The notes: generated by a model not told the origin, from the sequence alone. 64,000 nucleotides of DNA from Candidatus Altimarinota bacterium (GCA_965250085.1 OZ252287.1:608001-672000); one strand, 5' to 3'; shown: positions 1-9,749, counted from the first letter of the stretch. Made by a program: numbers and translations.

Positions 1-273
1 GGAGAGTTTTCAGAAAAACACGAAGAGAAGCTCAGAGAGATCTGCGATGGAGTCCTGCGCCATCGAGAGCGTGAGATCTCTTTGGTCGACAAGCTGAAGG
101 AATTGCAGGAGCCCAAATCAAGACGTCCAGGTTCTCTTCGAGCCGTTCATATTGCTCCTGTGGATGGAGGGGGGAAGAAGGATACGGCATTCAAAGCGGC
201 TGAAGTAGTCGCTTGGCTGATGAGAAACCAGCCTCAGGTCGTCGGAGTCACTTGGGGCGAGACACCCCAATAA
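1..273 (+). CDS. 5'-truncated hypothetical protein of the GC-rich element
   Basis: Frame 1 is open from position 1 (GEFSEKHEEKLREICDG...) to TAA at 273. Confidence 0.5.
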   Translation, partial: GEFSEKHEEKLREICDGVLRHREREISLVDKLKELQEPKSRRPGSLRAVHIAPVDGGGKKDTAFKAAEVVAWLMRNQPQVVGVTWGETPQ

Positions 274-342
274 CACCACGTGGCGCGCCATAAAGAGTTC
301 CATTTACGCCCAAGAACAGTATGATCAAACAGAGGATACGAT

Positions 343-1176
343 TCATAGAACACCTCCGGCCCAAAAGCCGCATGACTCTAAAGTAAGACCGGGCATATAG
401 AGCCTCATATCCGGAGCCTCTTCCTGAAAGGAACGATATGCGATGGCTCTCGGGTCGGTGTCACGTACGCGGCTGACAATTTCAAACATTGGTGTGGCAG
501 TACTATCTGGATGCAGGGCCGCTCGAACGCATGCGTCAGCGTTTACCCATTCTTGAGGCGTCGCTTGATGCAGGAGAACTTTCTCTAGCATAGCGGCATA
601 CCCCAAGAGCGCTTCCCTCTCCAGCGGCTCGGTCCAGTTGAGTTTGATGTAGCGCTCCACATCGTCTCGCACCCCATCCCCATTCGAGTCAACCCCTTCC
701 AGCGTTGCGTTGTTTAACTCTGGATCTGGCTCTGGAGGCAAACTCTCTTCAAGGGTCGCGACGCCCGTAATTACGAAGGGCAGCGGCTTCGAGAAGACCT
801 TGGGCTTCTTTGATTTCTTCCCAGCACCTCGACTCTTCGGGCTCGCCTCTCGGATTTTCAACGTCCCATCTTGAATGCCGACGAACGGTGCCGAGAGAAC
901 GCAGTCGATCGTAACTTCAGTCCCCGCACTCAAGACCGGAAGTTCGTTCGGTGTACAAGCAGTCCACTCATCGAGACTCGGTGTCACTTCGACAATCGTC
1001 TTTGGAAGATGCTCCAGAACATGTAGCGTCAGACGTACCGGCACACGATCACCAACTGCCAAGACGCGATTCACTTCTTTTGGCTCCCAGTCCACATATT
1101 GACTTGCCAGAAGAGGTATTGCCACCAGGGCCAGTGCCGCAAGAGTGAATCCGATTGAGATGATAGTTCTTCGCAT
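343..1176 (-). CDS. Secreted hypothetical protein with PPEPD...GVDSNGDGVRDDVE motif
   Basis: 277 aa ORF with N-terminal signal/TM segment, AAGGAG SD upstream and a DxNxDG Ca-binding-like motif. Confidence 0.75.
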   Translation of the reverse strand: MRRTIISIGFTLAALALVAIPLLASQYVDWEPKEVNRVLAVGDRVPVRLTLHVLEHLPKTIVEVTPSLDEWTACTPNELPVLSAGTEVTIDCVLSAPFVGIQDGTLKIREASPKSRGAGKKSKKPKVFSKPLPFVITGVATLEESLPPEPDPELNNATLEGVDSNGDGVRDDVERYIKLNWTEPLEREALLGYAAMLEKVLLHQATPQEWVNADACVRAALHPDSTATPMFEIVSRVRDTDPRAIAYRSFQEEAPDMRLYMPGLTLESCGFWAGGVL

Positions 1177-1207
1177 ATTCAGTCTCCTTATTCTCAGGAT
1201 GGACTAT

Positions 1208-1236
1208 ATGCTAGCAGAGCACAAATATAGTGTCAA
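1208..1236 (-). promoter_or_regulatory. Sigma70-like promoter of 343..1176
   Basis: TTGACA-17 nt-TAGCAT with an extended -10 TG on the minus strand. Confidence 0.5.
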
Positions 1237-1395
1237 CTGAGTCAGCATGCATAAGTATGATTACACATCTATGCTTGCAGCACACACCGACCGCCACGGG
1301 AGTCTTAGCGATGGAAATCACCAGCAATACATGATGCGGAGAAAAACTCCGAAGTTCGCCGACTAGCAGATCGGCTGCGAGAGATGGAAGGAGTC

Positions 1396-2052
1396 TTACT
1401 CCGCTTTCTTGGCTGCCCAGCGCGTTTCAGCTGCCTTTTTCGCAATCTCACTTCTTCTCTTAGGAGTCAAACTGCTTGCGCGAATGCTGCCGCCAAGGCT
1501 TTGAACACTTGAAGATTTCTCATTGACGAGCGAATAGAGACGTCGCCCGATCACGCCAGGGTTTCCATCGTAGCCGCACCAAAACTTCTCCCAGGTACCC
1601 TCGGAGACTCGACCTTCATTACGAGGAGAAAAAAGCTTTTGGGAGCGCACCTCAGCGTATTTCTCATACCGATCGATCGTAACCTTAAACCAAGTAATCG
1701 TATGCTTGGAAAGAGGTTTGTCGATCAGTCGAGCGATCTCATCTGCTGGAGGCTCTCGGCGACTTCGTATGTGGAGCATTCCCAACAGGCTTCGGTCTGC
1801 TTGAGTTAGCTCATTATCTGCATCCAAGACATATCGAACACACTTCTTCCAGCCGTCATAGGTCGCAAGTGAAGCTGGTTTCGTTTCTGCATCAGAAAGC
1901 TCGACTGGTGAATCAGAGTAGAGTAAAACCCAGGTGTCTAGTTGATCGAGAATAGCATCTGCTCGACCAACCAAGTCTTCGAGATGAACGGTAACTTCGT
2001 ACCTGTACTTTCGAAGATTATCCAGCTTTTTGGTGTGTTTGGGCATACTCAT
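1396..2052 (-). CDS. Hypothetical protein with C-terminal basic GGxxRAxxLTPxxRSEIAKKAAxxRW motif (common in phage/mobile-element proteins)
   Basis: Motif is in the translation; ORF is open to 2199, start at 2052 or 2046 preferred for SD-like GGAAGG/AGGA. Confidence 0.65.
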   Translation of the reverse strand: MSMPKHTKKLDNLRKYRYEVTVHLEDLVGRADAILDQLDTWVLLYSDSPVELSDAETKPASLATYDGWKKCVRYVLDADNELTQADRSLLGMLHIRSRREPPADEIARLIDKPLSKHTITWFKVTIDRYEKYAEVRSQKLFSPRNEGRVSEGTWEKFWCGYDGNPGVIGRRLYSLVNEKSSSVQSLGGSIRASSLTPKRRSEIAKKAAETRWAAKKAE

Positions 2053-2799
2053 CCTTCCGATATGTCCGGCGTTCGATAGCAAGATTTCGGCGTTTCCCAA
2101 TCTGGAAATCAGATCCAAATGCCAAAATTTATCGTGCTTTACAACATGGACTTGATCGTGATACCACTGCTTGCTCCCGCGCCCTGCGCAAGATTCCAAT
2201 CAAGTTTAGCATGCTTCTTCTACGGAACATCTTTGACCTTACCGTACAGACACCAAAGGCTTCTACCCACCACTAGTTTCATCGAAGCAAGCATCACCCC
2301 CGCATGCACAACCTGACATTGTGCAAAGAGTTTCCGTCCTTCCGACAAGTCAGGAGAACTCCAACTTTGCACGAATGCTGTGTTGTGCTCAGCGCCCAGA
2401 AAAATTGGAACGCGACTCCGCTAGCCTTCTGCGCGAAGACGCCAGAAGGTCAATATTATCTACCGCCATCCTCCCCGCCACCAACCATCAGCCTCGGCTG
2501 ACAGGTCTTCCACGGTTGACAAGTCTCTCTCGGCTACCAGCCTCTTCACCGACTCTTCCTTCGTGCGCTTCTTCCTGAATTCCTGCAGTCTTCATGAGTT
2601 CCTTTTCTGGTGCACCTTCAAAAGAAAAATTAGAGAACGCGAAGAATCTGGAAGTCACTTGTTTCTAAAGCTTTAGAGCTTCAGGATCTACCCGCTCACC
2701 CCACCCGCTTCCCATATCCGAGTGACGGACACTGCATACGGGTACCCCATGCGGATACCAGAAGAAACACTTCACTCTCCAAACTCCAGACTCCCTCCC

Positions 2800-3987
2800 T
2801 CACCTCTGATGAAGAGCAGCCAATAATTCATCACCGACGAGATCGACCGCACGCCTTACCGGATCATTCGCTAAGTGTGCATATCGAGCCGTGGTTGATG
2901 CTTGTGTATGTCCCAGCATTTTTCCAATAAGTGGAAGTGATAATCCAGCACCAGCTCCGAAGCTGGCATAGGTATGCCGCAAATCATGCAGCCGGACATC
3001 TGCGAGATTCGCTCTCTTCCGGATACGCCCCCAGGGCTTCGAGAGATTCACCAGATGCTGACCTTCTCTGGCTCCCGCAATCACATACGGGTTTCCTTTA
3101 ACACATTCCATCTTCTCCAGAACTGAGAAAACTCCTTCACTGACCACGACTATTCGTTTCCCTGTTTTACTGTCCGGTAAATAGAAACACCGATTGACCT
3201 CATCGATATCTTCCCAACGAAGACGCAGAATCTCATTGAGACGACAGCCGGTGAGAAGGAGGAGACGCAGAGCGGGGACAACACCAGGAAGCTCGGTGGC
3301 TTCCCGTTCCACTTCATCCAGCACGGCACCCAATCGTTTGAGTTCCTCCACGCTCAGAAATCGTTCCCGCTTTTCTTCCGTATATTTCTGGATATGCCGG
3401 CACGGATTTGTACTGTCCTGACGCCAACCCCAAACCTCTGCCAAGTGAAGAGATTTTGAGAGAAGGGCAAGTGTTCTGTTGGCCGCGTAGGGCGTGTCCT
3501 TCATGCCTGTATGCAGACGATCAATATCTTCTCGCGTAATGGCAGACACTTTCCGGCTTCCGAGACGCGGCAATATATGTAGTTCCCACATTCGCTCATC
3601 TGTTTTCGCACTACTCGCTTTTTTCTTCGGCGCATGATCGGACAGATACCGCTTCGCCAAATCCGACATTGTTGGAGACTTCAGCAAATCCATTCGCTCA
3701 CGACTCGGATCTCTTCCGTCCGTTACTTTCCCCAGAACCTTGCGGGCTTTTTTGCGGGCTTCGTCCAGCGTGAGAACTCCGTATTTGCCGAGCACCATGA
3801 TCCGTTTGCGACCCTGAACCCGGTACGACACCACAAACGATTTCTTCCCGCTTCGATAAATCCTCACACCAAAACCGGGCATAGCGTCATCCCATCGGTA
3901 ATCCGGTGTGTTGTTGTTCGAGGAAGCAGAAGAAACAGATGATGGCGAATACGTCATCGCATCAATGGCTCGCTTTGTCAGCTTCAT
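2800..3987 (-). CDS. int: Tyrosine recombinase/integrase with N-terminal arm-binding domain
   Basis: MKLTKRAID...WD...GFGVR arm-binding domain; catalytic TGCRLNE, HDLRH, LGH and Y (TARYAH). Confidence 0.95.
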   Translation of the reverse strand: MKLTKRAIDAMTYSPSSVSSASSNNNTPDYRWDDAMPGFGVRIYRSGKKSFVVSYRVQGRKRIMVLGKYGVLTLDEARKKARKVLGKVTDGRDPSRERMDLLKSPTMSDLAKRYLSDHAPKKKASSAKTDERMWELHILPRLGSRKVSAITREDIDRLHTGMKDTPYAANRTLALLSKSLHLAEVWGWRQDSTNPCRHIQKYTEEKRERFLSVEELKRLGAVLDEVEREATELPGVVPALRLLLLTGCRLNEILRLRWEDIDEVNRCFYLPDSKTGKRIVVVSEGVFSVLEKMECVKGNPYVIAGAREGQHLVNLSKPWGRIRKRANLADVRLHDLRHTYASFGAGAGLSLPLIGKMLGHTQASTTARYAHLANDPVRRAVDLVGDELLAALHQR

Positions 3988-4030
3988 TTCCTTCCTCTCT
4001 TCTCCACGCTTTGATCCGAGTTCTGGCAAA

Positions 4031-4051
4031 AAGTAACCACTGAGTAACCAC
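4031..4051 (+). repeat. Integrase arm-type site, left (tandem AGTAACCAC)
   Basis: AAGTAACCACTGAGTAACCA(C); the same 20-mer recurs at 4284-4303. Confidence 0.75.
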
Positions 4052-4177
4052 GAGGAATGATCTCACAGCGTTTTCTATCGTAGCATGTGATTTCACTAAG
4101 GACCGATAACACCTTGTTTTATTGAGAGTTATCGCACCGTATCGTATCAAATCGAAGAAAGAAGAATAGGGAAATAC

Positions 4178-4226
4178 CTGATTCGTAATCAATAGGTCAG
4201 CGGTTCAAATCCGCTCGTCGGCTCCA
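4178..4226 (+). tRNA. 3' half of tRNA-Thr(CGT), att core (not a full tRNA)
   Basis: TGA-TTCGTAA-TCA anticodon arm, AGCGG-TTCAAAT-CCGCT T-arm and CGTCGGC-T-CCA end; no D-arm or 5' acceptor strand. Confidence 0.85.
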
Positions 4227-4240
4227 TTTTTCTTCTTTAG

Positions 4241-4253
4241 AATCAAGATCTTA
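4241..4253 (+). promoter_or_regulatory. IHF-like binding site
   Basis: AATCAAGATCTTA matches WATCAANNNNTTR; a one-mismatch copy is on the minus strand at 4107-4119. Confidence 0.5.
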
Positions 4254-4283
4254 TAAAATATCTCCAAAAGATAGGAAAGAGTG

Positions 4284-4303
4284 AAGTAACCACTGAGTAA
4301 CCA
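4284..4303 (+). repeat. Integrase arm-type site, right
   Basis: AAGTAACCACTGAGTAACCA is a direct repeat of 4031-4050. Confidence 0.75.
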
Positions 4304-4636
4304 TTCTCCATGGACTTCCATGGTACTCAAGCGTAGTCTGGAGAACGTCCTCGGTCTTCCCGCTGCCGGTCTACAAACCAGATTCAGGCGGCCGGTTTCT
4401 CTCCTCGCAGCACGATTTCCCATCGCCGCAACTCCTCGGCTACCGGGTTTAGCTGCGACGTTACAAGGTCCACCATTCGACTCGTTACTGCTTCGCAGTA
4501 ACTCTCTCACGGCAAGGTACTCCTTTGCCATCAAATTGAAGAGTCGAATGACTCTGAGTGAGCCCAGCGAATCGAAGAGCCACATTTGAATTCGAGATGA
4601 TCTCGATCAAAGATCGAGAAAATCCGAAGATACTGT

Positions 4637-4671
4637 GTCCCGCCTATGAGCGAAGCGGATAGTGGCGGGAC
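4637..4671 (+). repeat. Hairpin repeat upstream of GIY-YIG gene
   Basis: GTCCCGCC...GAGCGAAGCG...GGCGGGAC inverted repeat. Confidence 0.5.
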
Positions 4672-4693
4672 TAAATTCTTTCTTTGTATCCTT

Positions 4694-4957
4694 ATGTACT
4701 ACACCTACCTCGCTCGTTGTTCAGATGATACCCTCTATACGGGATATTCTCGTGATGTTTGGAAACGAGAAGCTCGTCATAATGCGGGAGAAGGTGCTGC
4801 ATATACTAGGTCACGGTTACCGGTTGAAGTTGTCTATTGTGAATCCTTTCCTTCACGAAGTGAAGCAATGAAACGAGAATTCCAAATAAAAAAATGGACG
4901 CGTGCGGAGAAGGAGAACCTCGTAAAATCTGGATGCCCAAGTAAAAGACCTTCTTGA
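4694..4957 (+). CDS. GIY-YIG nuclease family protein (UPF0213-like)
   Basis: YTYLARCSDDTLYTGY...HNAG.GA.YTR.R.P...A.KRE. Confidence 0.9.
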   Translation: MYYTYLARCSDDTLYTGYSRDVWKREARHNAGEGAAYTRSRLPVEVVYCESFPSRSEAMKREFQIKKWTRAEKENLVKSGCPSKRPS

Positions 4958-5082
4958 TTACAAATGTTCTTTCCAGCAACTTGAGCTCGACTCCTTTGAC
5001 AAGAAAATAAAATAATAATACCCTCAGTGCTGGGAAATATCTCAACGTAACTTTTAAATTTTAAAACATTATATAAACGCCC

Positions 5083-5445
5083 ATGAGTACAAAAAAGGAC
5101 ACAATAATTTACTACCTCGCCACAGGCCTCATAACCGCACTCATGCTCATGTCCGCAGGGATGTATATATTAAATAATGGAATGGTACGCGAAGCTTTTA
5201 CCGCATTAGGATATCCAATATATATTATTTATCCCTTGGCAACCGCTAAAATTTTGGGACTGATAGCCATCTGGACAAAAAAATCAAAACTTTTGAAGGA
5301 ATGGGCATATGCTGGATTTTTCTTTACCTTGGCTCTTGCCGTATCAGCCCATCTCGTTGTAAATGATGGAGGATTTGCACCTGCTCTCGTGGGGATTATC
5401 TTACTATTGGTATCATATGTATATGACAAGAAGATATATAAATAA
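5083..5445 (+). CDS. DoxX family membrane protein
   Basis: LGYP...LKEWAYAGFFF motif, four TM segments. Confidence 0.85.
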   Translation: MSTKKDTIIYYLATGLITALMLMSAGMYILNNGMVREAFTALGYPIYIIYPLATAKILGLIAIWTKKSKLLKEWAYAGFFFTLALAVSAHLVVNDGGFAPALVGIILLLVSYVYDKKIYK

Positions 5446-5493
5446 CAACTAACGAATTTCTTAATTTATAATTTAAAATCTATAATTTTTATA

Positions 5494-6114
5494 GTGTTTT
5501 TTCAACAGCTCCAACTCGGCCCCATGCAAAACTTTTGCTATCTCTTGGGATGCGCAGAGACCAAAGAATGTGCTGTCATCGACTGTGGATTTGAGCATGA
5601 AAAGCTTCTTCAGAAAGCAACAAGCAATGGATACAAGATTACCAAAATATTTCTTACCCATTTTCATTACGACCATTCTGCAGAAACGGAAGCACTTGCA
5701 GAACAAACTGGTGCAAAAATATTCGGCCACGAGAGTGCGGAAGGAAAAAGTGAAATGGGAGGACTTTTTGTGATCCCAGAGAAAATTGCTTTTTTGAGAG
5801 ATGACCAGGAGATCAGTATTGGTAACATACAAGGAGTGGCATTACACACACCAGGTCACGAAAGTAGCCATATGGTCTATATTTTTGACGATATGTATTT
5901 TTTTACTGGAGATTGTCTGTTTATTGGCAAAAGTGGACGTACTGACCTTCCTGATTCCAATCCAGAAGATATGCAGAAGTCATTAGAGCGTATCAAAAAC
6001 CTCCCTGATGAACTAATTGTCTATCCGGGCCACGATTATGGCGAAGTTCCCTTTCGCACACTTGGAGAGGAAAAAGAGCTTAACCCGTATTTAAAAGGAG
6101 AGATGAGAAGGTAA
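5494..6114 (+). CDS. Metallo-beta-lactamase fold hydrolase (glyoxalase II-like)
   Basis: THFHYDH, HTPGH, GDCLF and YPGHDY motifs. Confidence 0.9.
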   Translation: MFFQQLQLGPMQNFCYLLGCAETKECAVIDCGFEHEKLLQKATSNGYKITKIFLTHFHYDHSAETEALAEQTGAKIFGHESAEGKSEMGGLFVIPEKIAFLRDDQEISIGNIQGVALHTPGHESSHMVYIFDDMYFFTGDCLFIGKSGRTDLPDSNPEDMQKSLERIKNLPDELIVYPGHDYGEVPFRTLGEEKELNPYLKGEMRR

Positions 6115-6147
6115 TGACGAATTTCTCAATTACGAGTTACGAATGAT

Positions 6148-6179
6148 CCCCCCTTTGAAAAAGGGGGTTAGGGGGATTT
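6148..6179 (+). repeat. REP-like palindrome
   Basis: CCCCCTTTGAAAAAGGGGG-TTAGGGGGATTT. Confidence 0.65.
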
Positions 6180-6276
6180 GTTTTTCTAATTAAGCACGCG
6201 TTGCACTTGTCCGCTTGTCTGCCGTAGGCATGGCTTGTGGTGAAAATGTGCGCTAGTGTGGGATAGAATCGTCCAT

Positions 6277-6966
6277 TTATTTGGCAAATGGATCTATGAT
6301 CTCATCAATAGAGGTGACTGTAGTATTACTCATAATTTTGTTTACTAACACTTCAATGTCTTGAATTAGTTCGAGCAATAAATCCCATGTACCAAAGTCA
6401 ATCGCATTTCCAATTACAAATGAATATTCTTCACCCTTGTAAGACAATTTATAATTTTTATTGGATTTATGAAAATAAACACCATTATTGTGAAGAGAAT
6501 TTCGTATTAGCCTTAGTAAATCCAAAAGAACAGGAAAATCATATTTTTTTGATAGTTTTAACTTATTAAAAAGATGATCATATATATTCTTGAAATCAGC
6601 TGTGCCCTTTGAGCAAGCATTAGGATCAAGAGTCTTGAGAAGGAGCCGGAATGAGCTTTCCACAGAACTAAATATAAATTGGAGCAATCCAAGTTTAAGA
6701 AACATATCATACTCATTTGCATATATTTTTCTATCAGCTATGGATATTGATTCTTTTGCAGTTTTCTCCCACCAAGTATTATTTAGTAAACATTGATTAA
6801 TAAAACTTGAACCTAATAAAGCGCTGTTCAAGACGTTGATTATCTTAGAAAAGGCTGTAACCCTTACATCATTTTTATTATATTTTGCACTAGAAGTTAC
6901 TTTCAGTGTGCTGAATGAATCTCTTATTTCCTGAATTTTTTGAATTCTTTTTATAATCATTATCAT
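6277..6966 (-). CDS. Low-GC hypothetical protein, HEPN-like
   Basis: 229 aa, helical-looking, with RLIRNSLHNNG (Rx6H / RNxxH). Confidence 0.55.
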   Translation of the reverse strand: MIMIIKRIQKIQEIRDSFSTLKVTSSAKYNKNDVRVTAFSKIINVLNSALLGSSFINQCLLNNTWWEKTAKESISIADRKIYANEYDMFLKLGLLQFIFSSVESSFRLLLKTLDPNACSKGTADFKNIYDHLFNKLKLSKKYDFPVLLDLLRLIRNSLHNNGVYFHKSNKNYKLSYKGEEYSFVIGNAIDFGTWDLLLELIQDIEVLVNKIMSNTTVTSIDEIIDPFAK

Positions 6967-7014
6967 TCTGTGGATCAGTATAAAAAAATTTGAGGTGAAT
7001 CTTAGGAATCATCA

Positions 7015-8799
7015 TCATTTTACCGTAACACTCTTCGCCAAATTCCTCGGCATATCCGGATCAATGCCACGAGCAACAGCAAGCGAATACGCAAAGAGCT
7101 GAATGGGGATGAGATTGACGATTGGCGATGCCACTCCGCTCTCCGGCGCATACATCCACTCATCAAACACATCTTCATTTTCTGGCCCAATGCCAATGAT
7201 CTTGGCTCCACGGGCTTTGAGCTCCATAGCATTAGAAATCGTTTCCTTTCTGGATTCTTCATCCCCAATCAGCACCAAACACGGAGTCCCCTTTTGAATA
7301 AGGGCAATAGGTCCATGCTTGAGCTCCCCCCCTGCAAAACCTTCGGCATGGATGTAGGAAACCTCTTGTATCTTAATCGCCGCCTCCAGTGCCAGTGGAT
7401 AGTTGGCTCCACGACCAATAATAAACAGATCATTGGTGTACTGAAATTTTTGTGCAATTTCTTCAATATGTTCCAGATATCGGGGATTGAGGAGATCATT
7501 GATCTTAGAAGCCGTCTCCGCCAGCAGTGTTTTTCCTTCTGTGATGTTTCCGGCACAGCAGTATGCGAGCAAAAGCAAAAGTGAAATCTGACTGGTCGCC
7601 GCCTTGGTAGAGGCTACTGCTTTTTCTGGTCCAGCCTTAATAAGAAATGAATAGTCACTCATGCGCGCAATAGAAGATCCCTGCACATTAATAAGTGCAG
7701 CGATCGTAGAATTTGCCTCCTGTCCCACTTCCAGTGCTTCCAGCACATCTGCGGTCTCTCCACTTTGAGAAATAGCAAAGACCAGTGTTTCTGGCTTGAG
7801 AAAATGGTGAAAAAGGCTAAATTCACTCGCTGGTGCAAAATTGACATGACGTTTGGCGATGCTCGCAAAAAAATACTCGCCAATCTGTGCCACTTTACCA
7901 GCCGTCCCACATCCGATAAGAAACACTCCGTTCGCCTTGAGGATCAAGTCCGCAAACTGACAAATCTCTTTTTCATCTTGATTGATCGCTCTGAGGATAC
8001 TGTCCTTTTGATCAAAAATTTCCTTGAGCATAAAATGCTCAAACTCCCCTTTTTCGGCATCTTCGCTCTGCCAGTCTATCGTCACCAGTCTCTTTTGCAC
8101 CTCCTTTCCAGAAGACAAAGAAAAGAATGTCGCTCCCTCGGCAGTGATTTCTACCATTTCACCATCATCCAAATAGTTGACCGTATTGGTAGATTCCAGA
8201 AATGCGGGGATATCAGAAGCGATAAATGTTTCCTGGTCTCCAATGCCAACAATAAGCGGTGCACCACGACGTACCGCAGTAATGCTGTGAGTTTCGAGTT
8301 CAAAAAGGACAAAAGCAAAACGACCTTCAAATTGCTTTGCAGCTTTGCGAGCGGCATCATGCAGAGATGCTCCTTCTTTGCGAAGTACGGCAATCAGTTG
8401 GACACAGACCTCTGTATCCGTTTCAGTGAGAAATTTGATCCCTTTGGCTTCCAGTTCTTTTTTGACTTCAGCAAAATTTTCAAAGATCCCATTATGTACC
8501 AGTGCTATTTTTTGCTCTGTATCCCAATGTGGATGTGCGTTTTCATTGGTCACTCCTCCATGCGTTGCCCATCTGGAATGCCCAATCGCTAAGTTGGCTG
8601 GAGGCAAGTGTCCCACTCCTTCCGATTCAGAAATCTTCCCCACCTGTTTGTGCACGTGCAGAGCAATTTTTCCTTCTTTCTCGCCAGGTATTGCTACTCC
8701 CCATGAATCATATCCCCGATATTCAAGTTTCTTGAGACCTTCTACTACTACTTCTGCTGCGGTGTTTTTTTTTCCTATATATCCAAATATTCCGCACAT
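7015..8799 (-). CDS. glmS: Glutamine-fructose-6-phosphate aminotransferase
   Basis: MCGIFG start, LEYRGYDS, RWATHG and the PRNLAKSVTV terminus. Confidence 0.98.
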   Translation of the reverse strand: MCGIFGYIGKKNTAAEVVVEGLKKLEYRGYDSWGVAIPGEKEGKIALHVHKQVGKISESEGVGHLPPANLAIGHSRWATHGGVTNENAHPHWDTEQKIALVHNGIFENFAEVKKELEAKGIKFLTETDTEVCVQLIAVLRKEGASLHDAARKAAKQFEGRFAFVLFELETHSITAVRRGAPLIVGIGDQETFIASDIPAFLESTNTVNYLDDGEMVEITAEGATFFSLSSGKEVQKRLVTIDWQSEDAEKGEFEHFMLKEIFDQKDSILRAINQDEKEICQFADLILKANGVFLIGCGTAGKVAQIGEYFFASIAKRHVNFAPASEFSLFHHFLKPETLVFAISQSGETADVLEALEVGQEANSTIAALINVQGSSIARMSDYSFLIKAGPEKAVASTKAATSQISLLLLLAYCCAGNITEGKTLLAETASKINDLLNPRYLEHIEEIAQKFQYTNDLFIIGRGANYPLALEAAIKIQEVSYIHAEGFAGGELKHGPIALIQKGTPCLVLIGDEESRKETISNAMELKARGAKIIGIGPENEDVFDEWMYAPESGVASPIVNLIPIQLFAYSLAVARGIDPDMPRNLAKSVTVK

Positions 8800-8981
8800 A
8801 AAAATTGTTTTCTAAAATGCATAAAGTTTTGCAAGTCTTTCTCTATATAAAAAAAGCTCCATGCTCCCCGACTCCCTTTTCCGAACTCTGGTAGTATGCG
8901 GGAAAAAGGAAGGATTTTAAAGTTTTTTATACAAAAACGAAAGATGTTGCTCCTCGGTTCCTTTTACGACATTATTTCTCA

Positions 8982-9314
8982 TTATTTTTTTCCAGATTTT
9001 TTTGAAGGAGTTTTTTTTGGTGCGCTTGCCTGCACCTTTTCAGTAGTTTTGATCCCTGCTGCTTCCATAGCCTTTGCTATTTGAGACTTCTTGTGAGCAG
9101 CGTTATTTTTGTGGATCAGATTTTTTTTTGCAGCCATATCTATGGCTTTTTGTGCTTCAGGAAACGTGCGTTCTGCTTTTTGCTTCTCTCCGCTTTTTGT
9201 CCAAAGAAGAATATTTTTTACCAATGAGCGCATATGGTTTGCTGCTGCACGGTTTCGTTCCGCTTTTTTTCTCTGTTGTCGTACCCGTTTAATGGCAGAT
9301 TTTATAATTGGCAT
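8982..9314 (-). CDS. rpsT: 30S ribosomal protein S20
   Basis: MPIIKSAIKR...IDMAAKKNLIHKNNAAHKKS. Confidence 0.95.
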   Translation of the reverse strand: MPIIKSAIKRVRQQRKKAERNRAAANHMRSLVKNILLWTKSGEKQKAERTFPEAQKAIDMAAKKNLIHKNNAAHKKSQIAKAMEAAGIKTTEKVQASAPKKTPSKKSGKK

Positions 9315-9392
9315 CTTGTTATGAAATTAGTAAAAAAACAAAAACGCGCAGGAGATTGTATGGGTCTGCACTGCGTCTGTCAAAGCTTTTTT

Positions 9393-9749
9393 CTAGAGAT
9401 CCAGAGATTCTATCGCTTCTTTGAGACTCTCATGATGTTCTACGAGGTTTGTGAATCCTACAAGGGTCAAAATATCTAAAATATGCTCGTTTCCTTCCGC
9501 GAGCATAAGTTTTTTATTTTTCTCTCTCAATTCAGAATACATCCCTGCAAAGTATCCGATCACCATAGAGTTGATGAATTGTAAGTCACGAATATGCATT
9601 ATATATGTCTCCACTTCTTCTTCTTCAAGAAGAGGGGCGAATTCTTTTTTAAACTCTCCAAGATTTGACTCATCAATCTCCCCTGAGAGATAAATTACTT
9701 TCAAATTATTCTTTTCTGGCACATCAATTTTGGAAACTTGATAACTCAT
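9393..9749 (-). CDS. STAS-domain anti-sigma-factor antagonist
   Basis: LSGEIDE...LQFINSMVIG (phosphoserine site), ILTLVG. Confidence 0.85.
   Translation of the reverse strand: MSYQVSKIDVPEKNNLKVIYLSGEIDESNLGEFKKEFAPLLEEEEVETYIMHIRDLQFINSMVIGYFAGMYSELREKNKKLMLAEGNEHILDILTLVGFTNLVEHHESLKEAIESLDL

Larger units (their letters stand above)
1..4630. mobile_element. GC-rich integrative element/phage-like segment (int-attP module)
   Basis: Visibly higher GC, SD-led genes, integrase plus tRNA fragment; right boundary is approximate. Confidence 0.7.

Noticed and set aside
1219-1234. NrdR box (CACAAATATAGTG)
   Set aside because: It is one base short of the consensus, lies in the foreign element, and has no nrd gene downstream.
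4178-4226. Functional tRNA-Thr gene
   Set aside because: The 5' acceptor strand and D-arm are absent; only an att-type 3' half is present.
7765-8592. Long antisense ORF (275 aa) and similar shadow ORFs in the track
   Set aside because: They lie fully opposite well-supported genes such as glmS, ftsH and serS, and contain no recognisable motifs.
8800-8980. glmS ribozyme upstream of glmS
   Set aside because: The conserved AGCGCC...GACGAGG core is not visible on the minus strand.
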